Origin: Candidatus Woesearchaeota archaeon
GTDB taxonomy: Archaea > Nanobdellota > Nanobdellia > Woesearchaeales > SKIA01
DNA length: 64,000 nucleotides
Assembly (NCBI GenBank): GCA_046704725.1
Contig: JBJKRI010000006.1
Location: 160,001 to 224,000 of the forward strand
Direction: 5' to 3'
The notes beneath the pieces were generated by a model. That model was given only the letters and a program-made list of their open reading frames with translations, made no database searches and was not told the DNA's origin. How positions within the stretch are numbered: position 1 is the first letter of the stretch; every line of letters starts with the position of its first letter. A program made the translations under genes and the position numbers. Shown one piece after another: positions 29,413 through 39,844 of the stretch.

Positions 29413-30639
29413 GTGCTTCGCGACAGCTTCACCTATGCGGCTCGCTCCCTCATACACCGCAGGCTGCGCTCCTGGCTGACCGTCATCGGCATCTTCATCG
29501 GGATCGCCGCGGTCGTCGGGCTCATCAGCCTCGGGCAGGGATTGCGCGGCGCGGTGGCGGAACAGTTCTCCGCATTGGGCGCGCAGACGCTCGTCATCCA
29601 GCCACAGAGCGGCGGCTTCGGACCTCCGGGAGTCGGCTCCGCGGTGAAGCTGGACAAGAGCGATCTGAAAGTCGTGCAGCAGGCGCAGTACGTGCAATTA
29701 GCCACGGGGCGATTGCTCAAACCGGTCACGGTGCAGTTCAACCGGAAAGCGGTCACGGCCTTCCTAGCGAGCCTGCCCGACGACCGCGCGCAACGCGACA
29801 TGGTCTTGTCGTCTGCGAACGAGCATATCGAGAGCGGACGCCAACTGCTCGCGACGGACCGCGGACGCGTCGTGCTCGGTGCGGGCTTCGCCGCCGGAGG
29901 GCAGTACGCCAAGACGTTCGGCACGCCCGTGCAGGTCGGCGACAAGATCGATATCGCCGGAACGAAGTTCGAGGTCACCGGCATCCTCGGCAAGAAAGGC
30001 AACCCGCAGAGCGACCAGGCCATCCTCATGAACGAGCCGGACATGCGAGCGCTCCTGAACCTCTCGGACGAATACTCGTTCATCGTCGCGGAAGCCGACA
30101 GCATCCAGGACGTGAACGCCGCGCGCGACGCGATAGAGAAAGACCTCCGGAAGCACCGCAACGTGAAGCCACGGCAAGAGGACTTCACCGTGCAGACCTC
30201 GCAGGACATCCTCAACACCGTGGATAGCGTGCTCGGAATCGTGACGGGAGTGCTCGTGGGCATCGCGGCCATCAGCCTGCTCGTCGGGGGAATCGGCATC
30301 ATGAACACGATGTACACCGCAGTGTTGGAACGGCGAAAAGAGATCGGCATCATGAAGGCCGTGGGCGCGACGAACGCACAGGTACTGCAGCGCTTCCTCA
30401 TCGAGAGCGGGATGCTGGGCATGGTGGGCGGAGGCATCGGGGTGCTCATCGGCGTCGGCATGTCCAAGCTCGTCGAGCTCGGCGCATCGCAGGCGCTCGG
30501 CCCCAGCGTGCTCAAGGCGACCAGCCCCTGGTGGCTCATCGTGGGGGCGCTCGCCTTCAGTTTCGTCGTCGGCACATTGTCGGGCATCCTGCCGGCGCGT
30601 CAGGCGGCACGATTGCCACCCGTGGAGGCGTTGCGGTGA
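29413..30639 (+). CDS. ABC permease (FtsX/MacB family)
   Basis: RSWLTVIGIFIGI, GGIGIMNTMYTAVLERRKEIGIMKAVGA and PARQAARL.PVEALR motifs. Confidence 0.93.
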   Translation: MLRDSFTYAARSLIHRRLRSWLTVIGIFIGIAAVVGLISLGQGLRGAVAEQFSALGAQTLVIQPQSGGFGPPGVGSAVKLDKSDLKVVQQAQYVQLATGRLLKPVTVQFNRKAVTAFLASLPDDRAQRDMVLSSANEHIESGRQLLATDRGRVVLGAGFAAGGQYAKTFGTPVQVGDKIDIAGTKFEVTGILGKKGNPQSDQAILMNEPDMRALLNLSDEYSFIVAEADSIQDVNAARDAIEKDLRKHRNVKPRQEDFTVQTSQDILNTVDSVLGIVTGVLVGIAAISLLVGGIGIMNTMYTAVLERRKEIGIMKAVGATNAQVLQRFLIESGMLGMVGGGIGVLIGVGMSKLVELGASQALGPSVLKATSPWWLIVGALAFSFVVGTLSGILPARQAARLPPVEALR

Positions 30640-31850
30640 AGCCCGTCTTCATGCTCGCGGTCAACAACCTTCTTCACCGGAAGAAACGGGCGTGGCTGAC
30701 CATGATCGGCATCTTCATCGGCATCGCCGCGGTGGTGAGCCTCATCAGTCTCGGGCAAGGGCTCGAGGGAGCGATCAACCTCCAGTTCCAGCGCATCGGC
30801 TCGGACAAGCTCTTCATACAGAGCGACGCGAACCTGTTCGGCGCCTCGGGCGGGGACATCAGCAACCCCCTCACCACCAAGGACATGAACACCGTAGCGG
30901 GCGTGCAGGGGGTGGCGGAGGTATCGAGCTACGTGCTGCGCGTGGTGCGGGTGCAGGTCGGACAGGACGTCGGTTACTATTACGCGGCGGGCTTTCCCAC
31001 ATCGCAAGGATACCAGTTAGCGCGGGACAGCATACCCGTCGACCTGTACGACGGCCGCGAGCTGCGGCCGGGGGATACGAACAAGGTGCTCGTGGGATAC
31101 GACTACACGCGCACATCGAGCTTCCAGAATCCTGTGGGCGTGGGCGACCGTATCACCGTGAACGGCCAGAAGTTCACGGTCGTGGGCGTCATGGAGCCCG
31201 TCGGGGACGCGCCCGACGACCACGCGGTCTACATGCCGATCGACACGCTCAAACAGCTCACGAACGTGACCGACCAGCGCGACGCGATCATCGCGCGCGT
31301 CGCACCGGGAGAGGATCCGAACCAGGTGGCGGCCGACATCACGCGCGAGCTCGATAGGGAACGACACCTGCGCGCCGGCGAGGAGGACTTCAACGTGCAG
31401 ACGCCTGAGGACCTCCTCGCGAGCTTCGGCACCATCATCACGCTCGTGCAGGTCGTGCTCGTGGGCATCGCCGGGATCAGCCTGCTCGTCGGCGGCATCG
31501 GCATCATGAACACGATGTACACCGCCGTCTTGGAGCGAACGCGCGACATCGGCATCATGAAGGCCATCGGCGCGTCGCCCGGAGACATCCGGAGCATCTT
31601 CTTGCTCGAGAGCGGACTGCTCGGGTTGGTCGGCGGGATGATCGGCGTGGCCATCGGCGTGGCCATCGCCAAAGCCGTGCAGTACATCGGAACCGCCGTG
31701 CTGCACTCCGCGTTCCTCACCGCGGAGCTGCCGTGGTGGCTGATCGTCGGCGCGCTCGTGTTCAGCACGGTCATCGGCATGGTCTCCGGCTACCTGCCCG
31801 CGCGCAGCGCGTCGCGGCAGAATCCCGTGGAGAGCCTGCGCTACGAGTGA
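30636..31850 (+). CDS. ABC permease (FtsX/MacB family), paralog
   Basis: Same motifs as the upstream permease; GTGA overlap. Confidence 0.93.
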   Translation: MKPVFMLAVNNLLHRKKRAWLTMIGIFIGIAAVVSLISLGQGLEGAINLQFQRIGSDKLFIQSDANLFGASGGDISNPLTTKDMNTVAGVQGVAEVSSYVLRVVRVQVGQDVGYYYAAGFPTSQGYQLARDSIPVDLYDGRELRPGDTNKVLVGYDYTRTSSFQNPVGVGDRITVNGQKFTVVGVMEPVGDAPDDHAVYMPIDTLKQLTNVTDQRDAIIARVAPGEDPNQVAADITRELDRERHLRAGEEDFNVQTPEDLLASFGTIITLVQVVLVGIAGISLLVGGIGIMNTMYTAVLERTRDIGIMKAIGASPGDIRSIFLLESGLLGLVGGMIGVAIGVAIAKAVQYIGTAVLHSAFLTAELPWWLIVGALVFSTVIGMVSGYLPARSASRQNPVESLRYE

Positions 31851-31907
31851 AGTATCAGTGAACCACACATACGTTTATAAAGAAACTTCGTGTCGGTACG
31901 CATTCCG

Positions 31908-32312
31908 ATGCAGCAGAAACTGGTGAGTGCGTGCCCGCAGTGCGGTTCGACGGAGGTGAGGCAGGACACGAGCGACCCCCTCCAAGGACCGTTCGGCCTT
32001 CCGGAACGCTTCGTGTGCGGACGCTGCGGCTACACAGGCTACACGTTCCCCGAAGTGCCGGAGGAGGACCTCGCCGAATTCCAGCACCACGCGCGGCACC
32101 ACCACAAGACGGAGCGGCGCGTCACGACCCCTCCCGAAGCGTTGCCGCTCTGGAAGGTCTTCGCGCCCGCATGCCTCGTGCTGGGCATCCTGCTGTTGAC
32201 GTTCTCGGTCACGGTCGCGGTGGTGTTGCTCGTGCTCGCCGTGCTCGGATTCTACTTCGCGTACTTCCACAGCGGATCGCACAAGCGGGCGGTGCGACAT
32301 GCATTTAAATGA
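31908..32312 (+). CDS. Zn-ribbon membrane protein
   Basis: CPQC...CGRCGY.G..FPE followed by two TM helices. Confidence 0.7.
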   Translation: MQQKLVSACPQCGSTEVRQDTSDPLQGPFGLPERFVCGRCGYTGYTFPEVPEEDLAEFQHHARHHHKTERRVTTPPEALPLWKVFAPACLVLGILLLTFSVTVAVVLLVLAVLGFYFAYFHSGSHKRAVRHAFK

Positions 32313-32334
32313 GCGACCGCTCGCTGCAAGCATC

Positions 32335-32407
32335 GGGCCCGTGGTCTAGCGGCTATGACATCGCCTTCACATGGCGGGAATCCCCGGTTCGATTCCGGGC
32401 GGGCCCA
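32335..32407 (+). tRNA. tRNA-Val(CAC)
   Basis: Acceptor GGGCCCG/CGGGCCC-A; anticodon arm TCGCC-TTCACAT-GGCGG; GGTTCGATTCC. Confidence 0.95.
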
Positions 32408-32410
32408 GTC

Positions 32411-33007
32411 TCAGGCCAGCGTGTCGTTATTGTTGTGGATATCGCGTCGCCACGAGGCGACTCCCTCACGCGCACGCTCGTTCAGATAAGGGATGGCGCG
32501 GAAGGTCATCTGCGAACCCAGGCCGAATATCCCCCCATAACTGTATGTCGCTCGACCGTTCTTGCGCGCTTGGTACCCTCGATAGAGGCTGCTCCCGACG
32601 TTCGAACCGATTTTTAGTCCCAGGATGATGGTGCCGGCGATCGACAGCGCGAGATGATCACTGTTCAGGGCGAGATAGAGCGCGTATGAATCCGGCAAGC
32701 TTCCGATCGTGCTCGCACCGATGTTCCCCCACGTGAATATCGTCTTCGGCAGTCCGAGCTCTCCCGCCACTTCGACCTGATACTCCGGAGGGAGGACGCC
32801 CAATCCGTACCCCGCCAGAAAACCGGCGCTGACCAACGCTCCGCGCGCCAGCCTGTACCGGATGGTGCTGTTCTCAGCGAGCGCTTCGATACGGGACGTC
32901 ACCTCATGCGCTGCCTTCAGGAACCTACCGCTCGCCCTGCTGATGATTCCAGGCTCCTTCCCAGGCTTTGACCCTGGCATGGCCCCCAACAGAATGTCAC
33001 CATCCAT
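32411..33007 (-). CDS. Hypothetical membrane protein
   Basis: 198-aa ORF with Gly-rich hydrophobic segments lying between two tRNAs. Confidence 0.6.
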   Translation of the reverse strand: MDGDILLGAMPGSKPGKEPGIISRASGRFLKAAHEVTSRIEALAENSTIRYRLARGALVSAGFLAGYGLGVLPPEYQVEVAGELGLPKTIFTWGNIGASTIGSLPDSYALYLALNSDHLALSIAGTIILGLKIGSNVGSSLYRGYQARKNGRATYSYGGIFGLGSQMTFRAIPYLNERAREGVASWRRDIHNNNDTLA

Positions 33008-33060
33008 CAGGTGCTGGGTCCCACCAAACCTTTATAAAATAACCTCTGTTCGCACGAGGT

Positions 33061-33165
33061 AGCGAGGTGGGGCAGCCAGGAGTGCCCGCGGGGCTCATAA
33101 CCCCGAGGTCGGTGGAGGCCCCCGCTATCCGGCAGGGTCGCCGAATTCAAATCCACCCCTCGCTA
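33061..33165 (+). tRNA. Initiator tRNA-Met(CAT) with a 30-nt intron at position 53/54 (33116-33145)
   Basis: A1-T72 pair; CGGGG-CTCATAA-CCCCG anticodon arm; removing 33116-33145 restores GGTGG-TTCAAAT-CCACC. Confidence 0.92.
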
Positions 33166-33420
33166 TCCGATCGGAGGCCGGGGATTCACGTCCTGGCTCC
33201 TGGCCTCCCATCACATTTTTCTCGTGGATCGTTCGGGATTCTTGTTTCGCAAGGCAACACCATAGTTTCGTTATTTTATACCATAGAAAAACTCGTTCTT
33301 ATGCCATCCAGAGCAGCCCTGGAAATCTGACGGGAGCTAGGCACGATGTTCCGCGAAGAACAGAATGTGTCCGGAGCGAGCGAGTCAAGACAGTAGAAAA
33401 GCAACGACGAGAACCACGTC

Positions 33421-34770
33421 ATGTCACTCGGACAAGCGCGAGAGGAGGCGCTCAGAATACTCAATCATGAGTACAATCTCATCCGCGACCACGACGCGCT
33501 CATGCAGGGCATCGACACGCTCGCGCGCATCACAGAAGAACTACGTGGCGACCACGGCCCGGAGGCGAGCGCATTGCTCGCGCGCATCAACGATCGGATG
33601 CGGTCGGTGCAGGACAGGGCCGAACTCCTCCTGATGGAACCGCGCGTACAAGAACAGAAGATCGTCAACCTCGTCCTCGACCAGCTCCGGACGCGGATAA
33701 CGGACGCGCAAGCGTCTCCCGAAAGACTTCCAAGGCGTTACCTCGTCGAGCACACGAGCAAGGACGCCGAACGCGTCCTCGGAAGCCTCGGCGGCATCGT
33801 GCACGCGTTCAAGCACATCCCCTACGCATACGTGGACGCTGCGGACGACGCGCGGGCGGCGCTCTCCGAACAGTTCAGCAGGGAACGGCTGCCCGCATAC
33901 CAAGAGAAACGATACCACATCAGACCGCTCGTCCTGCACTCACAGGGAAACGACTGGAACCTCAAGCTCATCGGCGCGCCCGGAGCCTGGGACGTGACCC
34001 GTGGCAAAGGAGTCGCCGTCGGCGTGGTGGACACCGGATGCGACTACACGCACCCGGAGCTACGCGACCGGTTCGGGCCCGAGAAAGGGCACAACTTCAT
34101 CACGGACAGCGACGACCCGATGGACGACCACGGGCACGGCACGCACTGCAGCGGCACCGTCGCAGGAAGCAAGACAGGCGTGGCTCCGGAAGCCACATTG
34201 TACGCGCTCAAGTTCCTGAACAGCGGAGGGAGCGGGAGCGAAGTGGATTTCATCAGGGCGGCCGAATGGGCGATCGACCACAAGCTCGACATCCTGAGCG
34301 GCAGCTTCGGCTCGGCGTACGCGAGCAGCGCGGAGGAAGCGGTCTGCGACGCGCTCAAGGCGCACGGCATCCTCTTCGCGGCAGCGGCCGGCAACGACGG
34401 CACCGGCGATTATGGATATCCCGCGAGCTACGACTCGGTCATCTCCGTCGCCGCCGTCGACCGGAACAAGGAGCGCGCGCCGTTCAGCCAGCACAACGAC
34501 CAAGTGAACATCGCCGCGCCGGGCGTCGACGTGTACAGCACCATACCGGACCATGGGCATGCGTCCTGGTCGGGGACGAGCATGGCCACACCCCACGTCT
34601 CGGGAAGCCTCGCTCTTGTCCACGCGCTCAACACCGACCCAGCGTACGTGCAGGACGTGCTGTTGTCGAGCGCCGAAAGGCTCGGGGAGCACGACGAGTA
34701 CGGCGACGGGCTCGTGCGGCCGGACCAGGCGGTGCGCACCGACGCGCTCCTGCGGAGGTGGATCGCATGA
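33421..34770 (+). CDS. Subtilisin-like S8 peptidase with N-terminal helical extension and no signal peptide
   Basis: Catalytic VDTG, HGTHCSG and GTSMATPHV; oxyanion AAAGN. Confidence 0.95.
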   Translation: MSLGQAREEALRILNHEYNLIRDHDALMQGIDTLARITEELRGDHGPEASALLARINDRMRSVQDRAELLLMEPRVQEQKIVNLVLDQLRTRITDAQASPERLPRRYLVEHTSKDAERVLGSLGGIVHAFKHIPYAYVDAADDARAALSEQFSRERLPAYQEKRYHIRPLVLHSQGNDWNLKLIGAPGAWDVTRGKGVAVGVVDTGCDYTHPELRDRFGPEKGHNFITDSDDPMDDHGHGTHCSGTVAGSKTGVAPEATLYALKFLNSGGSGSEVDFIRAAEWAIDHKLDILSGSFGSAYASSAEEAVCDALKAHGILFAAAAGNDGTGDYGYPASYDSVISVAAVDRNKERAPFSQHNDQVNIAAPGVDVYSTIPDHGHASWSGTSMATPHVSGSLALVHALNTDPAYVQDVLLSSAERLGEHDEYGDGLVRPDQAVRTDALLRRWIA

Positions 34771-34976
34771 GGACCTACATCGCGATGGGACAAGACGACG
34801 AATCGCTGGAACGCCTGCTCGCGCAGCACGACGTGGAATGCACCTTCCGCGGACGCTACGTGCCGGTCGTCGCGCTGCGCAGCGAACTGGAGCTGGATGA
34901 ACTGCGGCAGTTGCTGCCCGAGTATATCATCGAGGAACAGAAAGAGTACACCATCGAGCGGAGGAAAGAACCATGA
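34767..34976 (+). CDS. Small protein resembling a free-standing subtilase propeptide/I9 inhibitor
   Basis: ATGA overlaps at both ends; MRTYIAMG...RYVPVVALRS...YIIEEQKEYTI. Confidence 0.6.
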   Translation: MRTYIAMGQDDESLERLLAQHDVECTFRGRYVPVVALRSELELDELRQLLPEYIIEEQKEYTIERRKEP

Positions 34977-35263
34977 TCAAGGAAGACCCGGTGAAAGAAG
35001 TAATCGACCAGCTCAACAAGCCGATACGGCGCGCGTTGCGCTGGGGGACCGGCGCGGCGATTCTCATGTCGCTCGGCATGCTGTCCATGAAATACGACAT
35101 GTACCGCGCGACCCATGACCTCAAGCACGAGACGACGCGAGCGACAGCGGCAGCGGACAGCGCGTCGAGCGCGGCGCGATACCTGCGCGACCACAAATTC
35201 ATAGTCATCGGCACGCAATGCTACACGCGAGACAACGGATTGTACAAGGTGACGCCGTGCTGA
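34973..35263 (+). CDS. Single-TM hypothetical protein
   Basis: ATGA-coupled; one hydrophobic helix and a C-terminal Cys pair. Confidence 0.6.
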   Translation: MIKEDPVKEVIDQLNKPIRRALRWGTGAAILMSLGMLSMKYDMYRATHDLKHETTRATAAADSASSAARYLRDHKFIVIGTQCYTRDNGLYKVTPC

Positions 35264-35700
35264 CGGAAAAAGACCTACGCATCATCGCCGTGCTGCGCGA
35301 GGACGGCCGGGCAAAGCTCCGGAGCATCGCGCAACGGACAGGGATACCCGTCTCGACTGCGCACGAACGGTTGCAGCGGCTCGTGAAGAAACAGGACGTG
35401 CGAATGACATCGCTTCCGCACTATCCATCCATCCACGTCCCCCTCCAATGCTGGGCGACATTGCGGGCCAAGGACCGTGACGCAGCGAAGGAGCGATTGC
35501 GCGAGGACCCACACGTCAATACATTGCTCGAGGTGAGCAACGGCGCGGACCTCGTATGCGAAGCGCTGTTCCGCTCGTTCAAGGAGCAATACGACTTCAC
35601 GCAACGGCTCTCCTCATTGGGGAAGTGCAGCGTGCATCCGGTCATCGAAGAGATCGCGAAAGAAAACGCAAAGATAGAGAAAAAGAAAGACGCGGCCTAG
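35257..35700 (+). CDS. Lrp/AsnC family regulator
   Basis: [41 protein letters not shown]. Confidence 0.88.
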   Translation: MLTEKDLRIIAVLREDGRAKLRSIAQRTGIPVSTAHERLQRLVKKQDVRMTSLPHYPSIHVPLQCWATLRAKDRDAAKERLREDPHVNTLLEVSNGADLVCEALFRSFKEQYDFTQRLSSLGKCSVHPVIEEIAKENAKIEKKKDAA

Positions 35701-37688
35701 TGCAGGACCGCGAGGAACAAGGGCACCAGCACCAGGCTCACCATGCTCATGAGCTTGATGAGGATGTTCAAGGACGGCCCGGAGGTGTCCTTGAACGGGT
35801 CGCCGACCGTGTCGCCGACGACAGCCGCCTTGTGCGGAGCAGAACCCTTGCCGCCGAGGGCGCCGCCCTCGATGAACTTCTTGGCGTTGTCCCACGCGCC
35901 ACCGGCGTTCGCCATCATGAGCGCCATGAGCACTCCGGAAGCGAGCGCACCAGCGAGCATGCCGCCGAGCGCATCGAGACCGAGCGCAAAGCCGACCACG
36001 ATGGGCGCGATGACGGCGAGAAGACCGGGCACGATCATCTCGTGCAAGGCGCCGCGCGTGCTGATGTCCACGCATCTCGCGTAGTCCGGCTTGGCCTTGC
36101 CCTTGAGCAAACCCTTGATCTCCTTGAACTGCCTGCGCACCTCTCCGATCATGGAGAAGGCCGCGCGACCGACCGCCTTCATCGTGAGCGCCGTGAACAA
36201 GAACGGCAGGGCGCCGCCGATGAGCAGGCCGACGAGCGTGTTCACGTTCAGGATGTTGATCGACGTCAGGTGGCTGTGCTGCGCGAAGGTGCTGAACAAG
36301 GCCAACGCAGTGAGTGCCGCAGAGCCGATGGCGAATCCCTTGCCGATGGCGGCCGTCGTGTTACCAGCGCTGTCGAGAGCGTCGGTGCGCTTTCTCACAG
36401 CGGCTCCGAGGCCAGCCATCTCCGCGATGCCGCCCGCGTTGTCCGCGACCGGACCATAGGCGTCGACGGCGAGGCTGATGCCGAGCGTGCTGAGCATGCC
36501 GACAGCAGCGACGGCGATGCCGTACAGGCCGGCCGTCCAGTACGCGACGAGGATCGCGATCACGATGACCAGGACGGGCAATGCCGTGCTGAGCATGCCC
36601 TGCGCGAGGCCCTCGATGATGTTAGTCGCTGTGCCTGTCTCGGAGGCCTTGACGATTGCCTGCGTCGGGGCGTACCTATCGCTCGTGAAGTACTCGGTGA
36701 GCACTCCGATGAGGATGCCCGCGACGAGCCCGGCGATGGTCGCCCAGAAGACGCCGAAATTCGGGAACAGCCAGGCGGTCAAGCCCCATGCGGCGAGCAC
36801 GACAAGCACGGACGCGACGAGCAGTCCGTTGCGCAAGGCGCTGTGGATGTGCGCGTCGGTCTTGGCGCGCACGAAAAACGCGCCGATGATGCTCGCGATG
36901 ATGCCCGCTCCGGCGAGGAGCAGGGGGTACGCGACGCCGTTGCCCTGGAACGCGACGAGTCCGAGCGCCATCGCTGCGATGACGCTGCCCACGTAGGATT
37001 CATAGAGGTCGGCTCCCATGCCAGCCACGTCTCCCACGTTGTCGCCGACGTTGTCCGCGACGACAGCAGGGTTTCTCGGGTCATCCTCGGGGATGCCCGC
37101 CTCGAGCTTGCCGACCAGGTCGGCACCGACGTCAGCGGCCTTGGTGTAGATACCGCCGCCGACACGCGCGAACAAGGCGATGCTCGACGCGCCGAAGCCG
37201 AAGCCGAAGAGGGCCTCGATCATGGCGGTGCCGCCGATGACAGAGCCGCCGATCCACAAGAGCAGGCTGATACCCAGAAGGCCGAGGCCGACGACGGCCA
37301 GGCCCATGACGGCTCCACTGCGGAACGCGACGATAAGGCCCTTGTTGAGGCTCTTTCTCGCGGCAGCAGCGGCGCGCACGTTGCTCTTTGTAGCGGTGCG
37401 CATGCCGATGAAGCCGGCGGCCGCGGACAGCGACGCGCCGACGATAAAGGCGATCGCCGTCCAGATCCCGATGAAAATCCCGAGGAGGATCGCCACGATC
37501 ACTCCGTAGACAGCGAGCACTGTGTACTCGCGACGGAGGAACGCCATCGCGCCTTCGCGGATGGCCTGGGCGATCTCCTGCATCTGTTTGGTGCCGGCAT
37601 CGGCCGCGCTGTTGCGCCAGTACAAGACCGCGCACGCGATAAGGCCGACGATTGCCGCACCGATGGTCAGCAGTAGAGTCAAATCCAT
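35697..37688 (-). CDS. hppA: Membrane-integral ion-translocating pyrophosphatase, K+-dependent type
   Basis: [42 protein letters not shown] and [14 protein letters not shown] motifs. Confidence 0.97.
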   Translation of the reverse strand: MDLTLLLTIGAAIVGLIACAVLYWRNSAADAGTKQMQEIAQAIREGAMAFLRREYTVLAVYGVIVAILLGIFIGIWTAIAFIVGASLSAAAGFIGMRTATKSNVRAAAAARKSLNKGLIVAFRSGAVMGLAVVGLGLLGISLLLWIGGSVIGGTAMIEALFGFGFGASSIALFARVGGGIYTKAADVGADLVGKLEAGIPEDDPRNPAVVADNVGDNVGDVAGMGADLYESYVGSVIAAMALGLVAFQGNGVAYPLLLAGAGIIASIIGAFFVRAKTDAHIHSALRNGLLVASVLVVLAAWGLTAWLFPNFGVFWATIAGLVAGILIGVLTEYFTSDRYAPTQAIVKASETGTATNIIEGLAQGMLSTALPVLVIVIAILVAYWTAGLYGIAVAAVGMLSTLGISLAVDAYGPVADNAGGIAEMAGLGAAVRKRTDALDSAGNTTAAIGKGFAIGSAALTALALFSTFAQHSHLTSINILNVNTLVGLLIGGALPFLFTALTMKAVGRAAFSMIGEVRRQFKEIKGLLKGKAKPDYARCVDISTRGALHEMIVPGLLAVIAPIVVGFALGLDALGGMLAGALASGVLMALMMANAGGAWDNAKKFIEGGALGGKGSAPHKAAVVGDTVGDPFKDTSGPSLNILIKLMSMVSLVLVPLFLAVLH

Positions 37689-37781
37689 GTGTATCGTTCC
37701 GGATTCACTTGCAATCAGTGAGTCCTCTATCGGAGGGCAGCAAGGGGCTTTTTATAAGCGTTGCGCGAACAATAGGCCTGT

Positions 37782-38327
37782 ATGATCATCGGCGTCACCG
37801 GACTCAACGGTAGCGGGAAGACGAGCGCGGCAGTATTTCTCACGCAGCATGGCTTTTTGCAGTGCAACGCGCGCGACCTGATAAAAGAGTACACGCGGCG
37901 GTACGGATTGCCGGACAACAGGGACGGTTGGCGCGAAACGGCCGTCCGGATGCGCGACGAGCACGGGCCGGCCTTCATCGTCGAGGAATACATCAGACGC
38001 TTTCCTGATGAGGACATCGTCATCGAGAGCATCCGTAACGTCTTCGAGGCGCGTCTCATCAAGGAGAAGGGCACACTGCTCGCGGTCGAAGCGCCGCGCG
38101 AGGTCCGGTTCGAGCGCCTGCGCAGGCGCGGGAACGCGACGTTCTCGTCCTTCAAGGACTTCGTCCGGCTCGAGGAGGCGGAGTTCGCGAACGCCGAGGA
38201 TGACAAGAACAATCTCCAGGAGTGCGTGCGGCTCGCGGACATGCATATCGTGAACGATGGGACGCAAGCGGCGTTCGAGAAAGCGCTTTTCGACGTCTTG
38301 GAGCGTCTTCGTGGCTCCGAATCCTGA
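37782..38327 (+). CDS. P-loop nucleotide kinase (dephospho-CoA/dNMP-kinase-like)
   Basis: IIGVTGLNGSGKT, IESIRN.FE, RFERL..R and AD..IVNDG motifs. Confidence 0.8.
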   Translation: MIIGVTGLNGSGKTSAAVFLTQHGFLQCNARDLIKEYTRRYGLPDNRDGWRETAVRMRDEHGPAFIVEEYIRRFPDEDIVIESIRNVFEARLIKEKGTLLAVEAPREVRFERLRRRGNATFSSFKDFVRLEEAEFANAEDDKNNLQECVRLADMHIVNDGTQAAFEKALFDVLERLRGSES

Positions 38328-38368
38328 ACAGTGTGGGAAAAAGGCCACTAGAAGCGCAGGCTTTATAT

Positions 38369-38782
38369 ATGATGCTTTCCGGGGCGCGAGCAACAGTGAT
38401 CGTCCCGCAGCATGAACTGGTTTTCGATTCCAACCTCGTCACAGTGCTGCGCGATGGGATTGTCGTCGGGAGATGGCGGCATAAGGACTTCTATGACTGG
38501 GCGAGCGTCCATTCCCGGAGGGACGCACGCAGATTCCAACTCGCCGAGCTCGAAGCAGCGCTGGAGAGCGAACCGAAAGCTGTACTCTATGTGGAGATGC
38601 GCACAAGAATGAATGTCGGAGTGCAGCACACCATCAACTATTTCGCCCAGGATGCCGGTCCAAAAATCCATCAGGCGGTCAGCACGTATCTGGATGAGTT
38701 GAACCGCCATCCATATCAGCAAGAAGAAATCCCGGAGATTCCCCGCCACCGGTTCTTGCACTCCCTACGCCCAGCGGCGTAA
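38369..38782 (+). CDS. Hypothetical protein
   Basis: ORF fills the gap; start uncertain. Confidence 0.5.
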   Translation: MMLSGARATVIVPQHELVFDSNLVTVLRDGIVVGRWRHKDFYDWASVHSRRDARRFQLAELEAALESEPKAVLYVEMRTRMNVGVQHTINYFAQDAGPKIHQAVSTYLDELNRHPYQQEEIPEIPRHRFLHSLRPAA

Positions 38783-38812
38783 GTACTTAAATCGCAGAAG
38801 GTTCTACAAGGC

Positions 38813-39844
38813 ATGGCACTCACGCGCGCGGAACTCCATGATTTTGCAGAGCGCGTGAAGAATGCCGGCCGACCGTTGGTGTTCTTCGACGACGATCCTG
38901 ATGGACTATCAGCGTACCTGCTCGTGCGGGCGGCGAATCCCGACGCCATCGGCGTGCCCGCTATGCGCGGGCCGAAGCTGGACGCGGACTTCGCGCGCAA
39001 GGTCGAGGAGAACCTGCCGGACCTCGTCGTCATCCTCGACAAGCCGCGCGTCTCGCCGGATTTCTTCACGAACGTCAAGACAGATGTTCTTTGGCTCGAT
39101 CATCACACGCCACCGCCCGAGCGCACGCACGCAGCGTACCTCAATCCGTTGCTGCACAACGCGCGCGACAACCGCTCCACGAGCTACTGGGTCTACCGCG
39201 CGCTGGGCGGGCCGTTGTGGATCGCTGCTGTCGGGACGACGAGCGACTGGTTCACCGACCTGCTGTCGCCCCTCGCGAAGTCGCATCCGAGCGTGCTGGA
39301 CAAAGAGACGACGATAGAGAAGACGCTCTACGGCACGCCGCTCGGGGAACTCGTGCGCTGGTTCACCTTCCTGCTCAAGGGACGCTCGAGCGAGGTCAAG
39401 CGACGGATCGCCACGCTTTCTCGCATCGAAGGGCCCGAGGAACTGCTCGGGCGCAAGTCGCCGCGGGCGCGCTTCCTTTGGAAAGAGGCCAAGCCGTTGC
39501 GCGAGGAGTACGAACGGCAACGGAAAGAAGCGATGGACACGCGCGTCAAGGATGGATTGTACGTGCACATCTTCTCGGGACTGCGCACGTCATTGGTGAA
39601 AGAAGTGGCCAACGAGATGCTCGTGCGAAAAAGCGCGAAGCTCATCATCGTCGGGAGGCGGTCGAACGATGAGATCAAGTTCTCGATGCGCTCGCAGAAA
39701 AAGGATTGCCGGCGGGTGCTCGAAAACGCGCTCAAAGGCATCGACGGCTACGGCGGCGGCCACAAGGCGGCTGCCGGCGGCGCGGTGAAGGAGAAGGACT
39801 GGGACGCGTTCGTCGAACGCCTGAAAAGCAATGAACAAGTCTAG
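38813..39844 (+). CDS. DHH/DHHA1 family phosphoesterase (RecJ/NrnA-like)
   Basis: DDDPDG, VILD, LDHH and GGGHKAAAG motifs. Confidence 0.9.
   Translation: MALTRAELHDFAERVKNAGRPLVFFDDDPDGLSAYLLVRAANPDAIGVPAMRGPKLDADFARKVEENLPDLVVILDKPRVSPDFFTNVKTDVLWLDHHTPPPERTHAAYLNPLLHNARDNRSTSYWVYRALGGPLWIAAVGTTSDWFTDLLSPLAKSHPSVLDKETTIEKTLYGTPLGELVRWFTFLLKGRSSEVKRRIATLSRIEGPEELLGRKSPRARFLWKEAKPLREEYERQRKEAMDTRVKDGLYVHIFSGLRTSLVKEVANEMLVRKSAKLIIVGRRSNDEIKFSMRSQKKDCRRVLENALKGIDGYGGGHKAAAGGAVKEKDWDAFVERLKSNEQV

Noticed and set aside
29413-31850. Sequence repeats between the two permease genes and among the archaellin ends
   Set aside because: Explained by ordinary paralogy of conserved protein motifs.
32335-33165. 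Integrated element at tRNA-Val or tRNA-iMet
   Set aside because: No duplicated tRNA 3' end or integrase was found nearby.
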